Source: Bugula neritina
Taxonomy: Eukaryota; Animalia; Bryozoa
Assembly: GCA_964035545.1 (NCBI GenBank)
Contig: CAXIUT010000161.1
Coordinates: 1 to 29,419, forward strand
Direction of reading: 5' to 3'
Length of the DNA: 29,419 bases
In this document: one piece after another, positions 23,688 to 29,419 of the stretch
Position numbering within the stretch: the stretch's first letter is position 1
Layout: every line of letters starts with the position of its first letter
Made by a program: the position numbers and the translations under genes
Notes under the pieces: model-generated
The model's input: only the letters and a program-made list of their open reading frames with translations
Told to the model about the DNA's origin: nothing
The model's database searches: none

Positions 23688-23791
23688 ATTTATAAATCAA
23701 AAAAGATAAGTTTATTATTTCTGATGTACGAATAGACTCTGAGTTTAAATCACCATTCAATTCTGAATATATCATATAATTATTTTTTCTG

Positions 23792-24738
23792 ATGAAAGCC
23801 CAACTAACCTTCTTGGTAGCTCTCTCACTCCTCTCTCTGGTCGCTCTCGCCCAGTAAACCGATAAACCAACCGTCTACAAGCCCTTCACTAAAGAATAAC
23901 TCTCAAAAACCAACATATAACCTGAAATTCAAATCGATCCCCTTCCAGAAGAACCAACAGACAGACATCATAGACCTTCAAAACACCACTTGAACAAAAG
24001 AGACTAAGTATAGGTATACCCAGAAAGTACATTATTTATAATGAAGTTGATGAATACGGAAACGACTTAACTGAATAGGAAAAGCAACAACGAAGACATT
24101 AAAGGAAAAGATACAACAAACTCTTCAAATGGGGAATGCTTGCAGGAACAGTTGTCCTCGCTTTCATCCTTTGCAGACTCTGTGTTGCTAAGAGAAGAAG
24201 ATGTAACAGATTCAGACAACAAATCAGACAACAACAAATTGAAATGCAACAACAAATGCCTGTCTACAACGTTAGCCCTCATCCATATCCTAACCAACAA
24301 CAACCTATGACCATGGGAAGACCTTGCTATCAAGATTAACGCTTTTCAAGACCTCAAGAAAGACCTCAACCAAGAGGACAGCCTCAAGGTTATATTCCAA
24401 GAGGACAACCTCAATAATACGAACAAGCACCTCAAATCATCAAAGGAAGACCTCATGACAGTTTCCTTAAGGCTCAAAATCAACAACAACCAAACAGACA
24501 ACTTGATGCTCAGATTCAATATCATGAAAAAGAGCTTAATAAGTTGAAAGAAATGCTCAGAAGAGAAGAACAAGTCCACAGAGAAGAAATTCCTGAAATC
24601 AGAAGAAGACCTGTCCCAATGACTAATGAAAGTCTTGAATCTTGTCAACCAATCAGAAAAAGATCAATTCCTGTTGGTCAACCTATCTACGACAAGGATG
24701 CCAACTCAAGCTTCGCCTCAGAATATCCTGAAATCTGA
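23792..24738 (+). CDS. Type I membrane protein with Q/P/R-rich cytoplasmic tail
   Basis: Signal peptide MKAQLTFLVALSLLSLVALA; transmembrane segment WGMLAGTVVLAFILCRLCV followed by KRRR. Intron 24027-24046. Confidence 0.85.
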
Positions 24739-24875
24739 TCCATTAAAACAATCATTATTACTCATTTCTATTATCAATTAATTCTGAGACAAATATTAAC
24801 TATTCAGAAATTTTTAATAACAAACTCATTTTTAGAATTTTTATTAACATTTAAATAATACCTTATACTAAAGAA

Positions 24876-25772
24876 TCAGACCATTAAAGCTTCAATTTAT
24901 TCATAATAATTAACATAGGTTTCTCCATTGATACTAAATAAAAGATTAGGTTTCTGAATACATACTTCACTTCTCCTGATACTAAGTTTTCCACCTTTAA
25001 TCTCCCAAATTCTCAAAATAAGATCATCTCCAACACTATACACGTTAAGACCCTCAACTTCAATCAAGTAAATCATCCCTTGATGAGCAGAAATCACTTT
25101 TCTATCAATTAGTTCTTGATCTACGATATGTAGTTCACCTTGACAAGTACCAATAATGATTGAATTTTATACTAATTTCATTTTGATGATAGGATACATA
25201 CTCAGGCTATCATACTGTCCTACTATTTTTTTATCATTCAAAATAACTTTCAAAACCTGTCCATTTTAAGTTCCCAAATAACAAAATTTATCATTAACAC
25301 ATATACTACAAATCCTTCCTTCAAACTATATTTTAAAGTTGACTTTGTTCTCAGGCCTATCAACAGGAATGGTCACCATATCTCCTTTAGAACTAACAAA
25401 AACAAAATAAGTTTGAACACCATTGAACACTCCTTGAACAGCCATATATCCATCATCAAAATCAACAATATTACACTTCAATTGAAAAGATTATGTACTC
25501 ACTATTTCATTCTTCCTCAATACCATACATTTAGATACAAAAGCCAACCCAATATAAGGAACACGATCCTCATGAGAATACACCATCTGAAGAGCCCTCA
25601 AAGGCTATCCATCGATATTGATAGGATATATTTCTCTAATACTTCCGTCCTTATTGAATTAGATGAGTCTTAGCTCGTTGAGACTCGACTGGTAGATCAA
25701 CCAATTTTAAGAACTGGATTGACAGGATCCTTTGAATGAAGCGAGAGAAGGGAGGATTATTGAGTTGTTCAT
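24876..25772 (-). CDS. WD40/beta-propeller protein (298 aa)
   Basis: Intronless frame with CYLGTENGQV, IIIGTCQGELHI and SAHQGMIYLI...SVGDDLILRIWE. Confidence 0.8.
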
Positions 25773-25827
25773 GAATAAATAGCAAACTAATTGTATGATA
25801 TTTGAACCATAATATATTTACATCATC

Positions 25828-26194
25828 ATGGAATTAGCTAATAACGCCCTCCCCATCTTCAGAGAAGGTATTGAGTTCAGGAGTATAATCCCAGTCGAAA
25901 TCCAACCTGCCACTTCTTGCTATCACGCCTACAATAAACTTTAAAGCTGCATTCTTCAAAAAAAGATACACCCAGCAGATCACAACAGTACCTCTCTCTT
26001 ATGAAGAAATCAGATCAGAATGTGAAGTAGAAGAATGGCGTTCAGTTTGTCCAGGATCAGTTCGAAAAGTACACATCGAGAGACTATTCCGAAAGAGTAT
26101 CAACTAACGATTGTACACTCAATAAAAATTAAATGACTACATGTAAGTTAAAAATCATATCCAACACTTTGGAATCATTGATGGAAGATTCTGA
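25828..26194 (+). CDS. Small CX9C protein, COX6B/COA6-like
   Basis: CYHAYNKLESC...ECEVEEWRSVCP. 19-nt intron 25988-26006. Family call is tentative. Confidence 0.65.
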
Positions 26195-26285
26195 TCTAAA
26201 AATAATACCATATCTCCTATCATCATATCACTAGGATTTAGATTAGCATTATTATTGTAATATCACAAATATAATTGTATTAGAA

Positions 26286-26615
26286 ATGCCATACTATTAC
26301 CATTGGCTCTATCGATAAAGAAAATAAGGATAAACAGAATAAGATAAAATCATGCGAAAACTATCATTCAAATTGCCAGTAGTCATACGCTACAACCTCG
26401 TTTTTGCATTCTTTGCAGGAGTTATTGGAGCATTCTATACAAAAAGAACAGCAACCATTCTCTTCCCCTACCGTTTTGTTCCTTTCGGCATAATCGGCCT
26501 ATGCTATGAATAAATAATTCGTTACTACAACTATGTCAACGGAATCGAAGGGCCAAAATAAAAATCTATTACTATGATTGACTTAATTCGCTAGCAATAA
26601 GCAAAAGAAAAATGA
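26286..26615 (+). CDS. Small membrane protein (109 aa)
   Basis: ATG-to-TGA frame with hydrophobic segments YNLVFAFFAGVIGAFY and ILFPYRFVPFGIIGLCY. Confidence 0.75.
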
Positions 26616-26644
26616 TAAAATAGAGTGATAAATAGTTATATACA

Positions 26645-27157
26645 TCACATTCCATAAGATCTAAGTCTACTACTACTTTTTGATTAATTCATAGCCGTAC
26701 TTCCCATATTTTTGAAGACATTGCTTTTATTTCCTTAGATATTTCTAAATGAAAAAAAATTATCAACTCGCCCTCTTGTCTTCAAACTATACTTCTACTC
26801 AAACAACTGATAATATTCATTCAATATTCTATTCTCTTTCTTGAGTTTCTCATTTTATTAAAGCAAATAATCCCTTTCTTTCTATATCTTTTGGTACTAC
26901 TCATGTTCATGATTTTTACTGCTACTATGTTGTTTCGTTTGGGGATAGTATCGTCTGTCGATTGATCGTTCTCGTTCTCGATAGTTTTCTTTTTGATGGC
27001 TACAAGAGGTCTTTCTATGTATTTCATCTTGGGGGTGAAGAGTCGAACGAGAGGTAGAACGAGATTTGGTTGGATGGTTTTTATTGTGTTTTTTCGATTT
27101 GGAACGATGCAGATGTAAATATGTCTGTCCATCTTGAACATAGAGGTTTACTTTCAT
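26645..27157 (-). CDS. Hypothetical H/S/R-rich protein with a short coiled coil (170 aa)
   Basis: Extends track ORF 26897-27157 through TAR codons: EKERDYLLEENEKLKKENRIL...RLRSYGM-TGA. Confidence 0.72.
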
Positions 27158-27480
27158 CTTGTTATTTATAGTAATCGAAGATTAATCATATTTGTTTATT
27201 AAAATAGAATAGCAAATGACCAACTTTTACTTAATGACCAGAATCATAAATTTAATTAGCAAAGATTTTAGTTTTACTGATAATTATCTCTTAAATCATC
27301 AAGATAGATATAAATCATAAATTATTAATAAATAGAGTTTATTTCATAGATGATACCAATATCAAAATAAAATCAGAACTAAGACCCAATGAGGTTGTCT
27401 TAGATCTAGATATGATATTGAAGTTTAGGACAAGGATAATAAGTTTAATAAGATTAATAATTATACAATAAAATTAGTTC

Positions 27481-29240
27481 ATGAACAGCAACTAAAATTT
27501 GACAGGACAAAGTAAGAAGATAGGCCATTACTGCTACAACGGGAAAGATATAATCGGAAAAGGCTATTCAAGTATAGTATATCGAGCTCAAAATGACTCC
27601 AATGGTACTCCTTATTTCACCAAGGACAGACAATCGCTCTCAAGCTCATTGACATGAAGAATATTAAAGGATAAGTTCATAAAACTCTTCTTAACAATGA
27701 AATGGAAATCCTAAGGCTTCTCAGTAACCTACAAAACATAATTAAACTCTACTAAATCATTCCTCTCAAATCACACACCTGTATCATCACTGAGCTGTGT
27801 GATGGAGGAGATCTAGCTAAAATAATCAAAAACAGAAAAACAATTCCATAAAAATAAGCAATCGAAATCCTCAAAGAAATCATCAATGGATATAGAGGAA
27901 TCAATAGATTCGGCATTGTACATAGAGATCTTAAACCAGCTAATATTTTTTTCAGTTAAGGAAAAGTCAAAATAGCTGATTTTGGATTCGCAATCAAAAA
28001 TTCTGACCTCAAAAAATCAACCAACTACAACGTAGGATCTCCTGTCTACATGCCTCTAGAAGCTCTTAATGACAATCTTTATTCATCTAAAAGCGATATC
28101 TGGGCAATTGGAGTCATTTTCTATGAAATGATAACTGGTCATACACCTTGGAAAGCCAGAACAGAAGCAGATCTAAAAAGACAAATAAAAGCAATATCAA
28201 TAAAAAGTCTTATCCCAACTAGTCTATCTAGAATTTCTTCTGATTTCCTCCTAAAATCTCTTCAAGTCAACTCTTCTCTTCGAATGTCTGCATAGGAAAT
28301 GATAAATTTCTTCTAATTGAATAGCACTTCAACTAGTGAATCAACTCTTACATCAAGCAATTTAAGAACTAATCATTTGTTTAGGACAAGAGCCATCAGT
28401 CAAGATAGATAGGATCGAAATAAAGATCCTGAAAATAATCCTTAGATAACAAAAAATACAGTTACTGCACCTAAAACTTACAGAAAAATAAGCAAGCTAG
28501 CTGACTATAATAGTCAATAAAAAAATGGATCTTAAAAAATACCTGAAATACATAAACTAGGATTCGATCATACTGGTATTGGCTTTCAAGGATTTGATGA
28601 ACAAAAAATGAACAATTTTGCAAGAGCTACTGCTGGAATAGGATAATAATGGATTCCAGATTACAAAAAAACATCATCTCATCTATTGAGTCAAATACAT
28701 TTCTGTAGATTTTTCTATAAATTAATCTAAAGAATGAATAAATTGAATGTCTGTTCATAGAGATTAAAAAGTCTCATGAGTACTTTAATTGCTGGCAAGT
28801 TAGGATAGATAAAAGAACTAACAGTTCTCAATCCAAAATATGCTATCCTTTACAAAAGAACAAAATAATGCTAAAGAATCCAAGATGTAGTTCAACAATA
28901 CCAGACTAAATATGAACAATCATTGGATTTATCTGATGACATGTCCTATAGCTAGGCTTTGAGAGGAATTGAAGAAGAATTAGAATCATAGATTATCAAC
29001 TTACATGAGATGATAAAGAGTTATAGATCTTTAGAGGGAAAAGACGAAGAAGTAATATTGTTGGACTATTTGATAACTACCAAGCAACTCTTGCTCATTC
29101 ACTCAAAGAAAGATATTGAATATTTCCATAAGAAGTCAAAAATAGAAGCTATCGTAGAAGGAAAACCTGCCAAAAATATCACATATGACCACTTTGAAGC
29201 TATTGTGCATAAACTCAAAGTATTCAAGTTGATTGTTTGA
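27481..29240 (+). CDS. Ser/Thr kinase, ULK/ATG1-like
   Basis: IIGKGYSSIVY, IALK, ELCDGGDL, HRDLKPAN, IADFG, VGSPVYMPLE, KSDIWAIG. Intron 27605-27624; continuous to TGA at 29240. Confidence 0.92.
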
Positions 29241-29309
29241 TTTATTGTGTATAAAATTATCAATTATATAAGATAGATATAAATTTCAAGATTATAAGTG
29301 ATCATTCTA

Positions 29310-29419
29310 GGGGTTGGGGTTGGGGTTGGGGTTGGGGTTGGGGTTGGGGTTGGGGTTGGGGTTGGGGTTGGGGTTGGGGTTGGGGTTGGGGTTGGGGTTT
29401 GGGGTTTGGGGTTTGGGGT
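29310..29419 (+). repeat. Right telomere, (GGGGTT)n
   Basis: Terminal G4T2 array whose last units are G4T3. Confidence 0.98.

Noticed and set aside
23539-23775. Track ORF with a long PTPTPT repeat
   Set aside because: It is the telomeric tract read as CCA ACC across a junction, not a Pro/Thr linker protein.
123-29240. Many TAA/TAG 'stops' suggesting pseudogenes, and the short antisense ORFs in the track
   Set aside because: Both are explained by TAR=Glu and tiny introns. Antisense ORFs such as 2494-2745, 5365-5553, 14816-15001 and 24067-24648 are shadows of real genes.
29395-29419. G4T3 variants at the right end and a C5 variant at the left end as mixed telomerase products
   Set aside because: They are confined to the sequence termini and cannot be told apart from homopolymer errors.

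Overview
This is AT-rich eukaryotic DNA, not bacterial. It reads as ciliate macronuclear sequence with C4A2/G4T2 telomeres at both ends. Hand translation shows TAA and TAG both encode glutamate and TGA is the only stop. That is the peritrich nuclear code (NCBI table 30), so the supplied ORF track is largely misleading. About 25 tightly packed genes can be reconstructed, and nearly all introns are exactly 20 nt (GTA...AG). Positions 1-19990 form a complete telomere-to-telomere minichromosome of about 20 kb with 17 genes, including ARL8, a kinase with EF-hands, NDUFA8, an ODA-DC2-like protein, PP2C, a bromodomain protein, Myb, NDUFA5, PP2A-A, V-ATPase G, a pseudokinase, NOP58 and a SHIPPO-repeat protein. 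Three further chromosome right-arm fragments follow, each joined behind an internal G4T2 tract through a TTGGG(G)T microhomology, at least twice in mid-gene. This is either telomere-primed strand invasion or an amplification/assembly chimera. Other notable signals are a near-universal TGA-T stop context and one 59-nt hairpin-containing intron. Several frame breaks are most likely homopolymer indel errors. All protein identifications come from motif recognition by eye; no searches were run.
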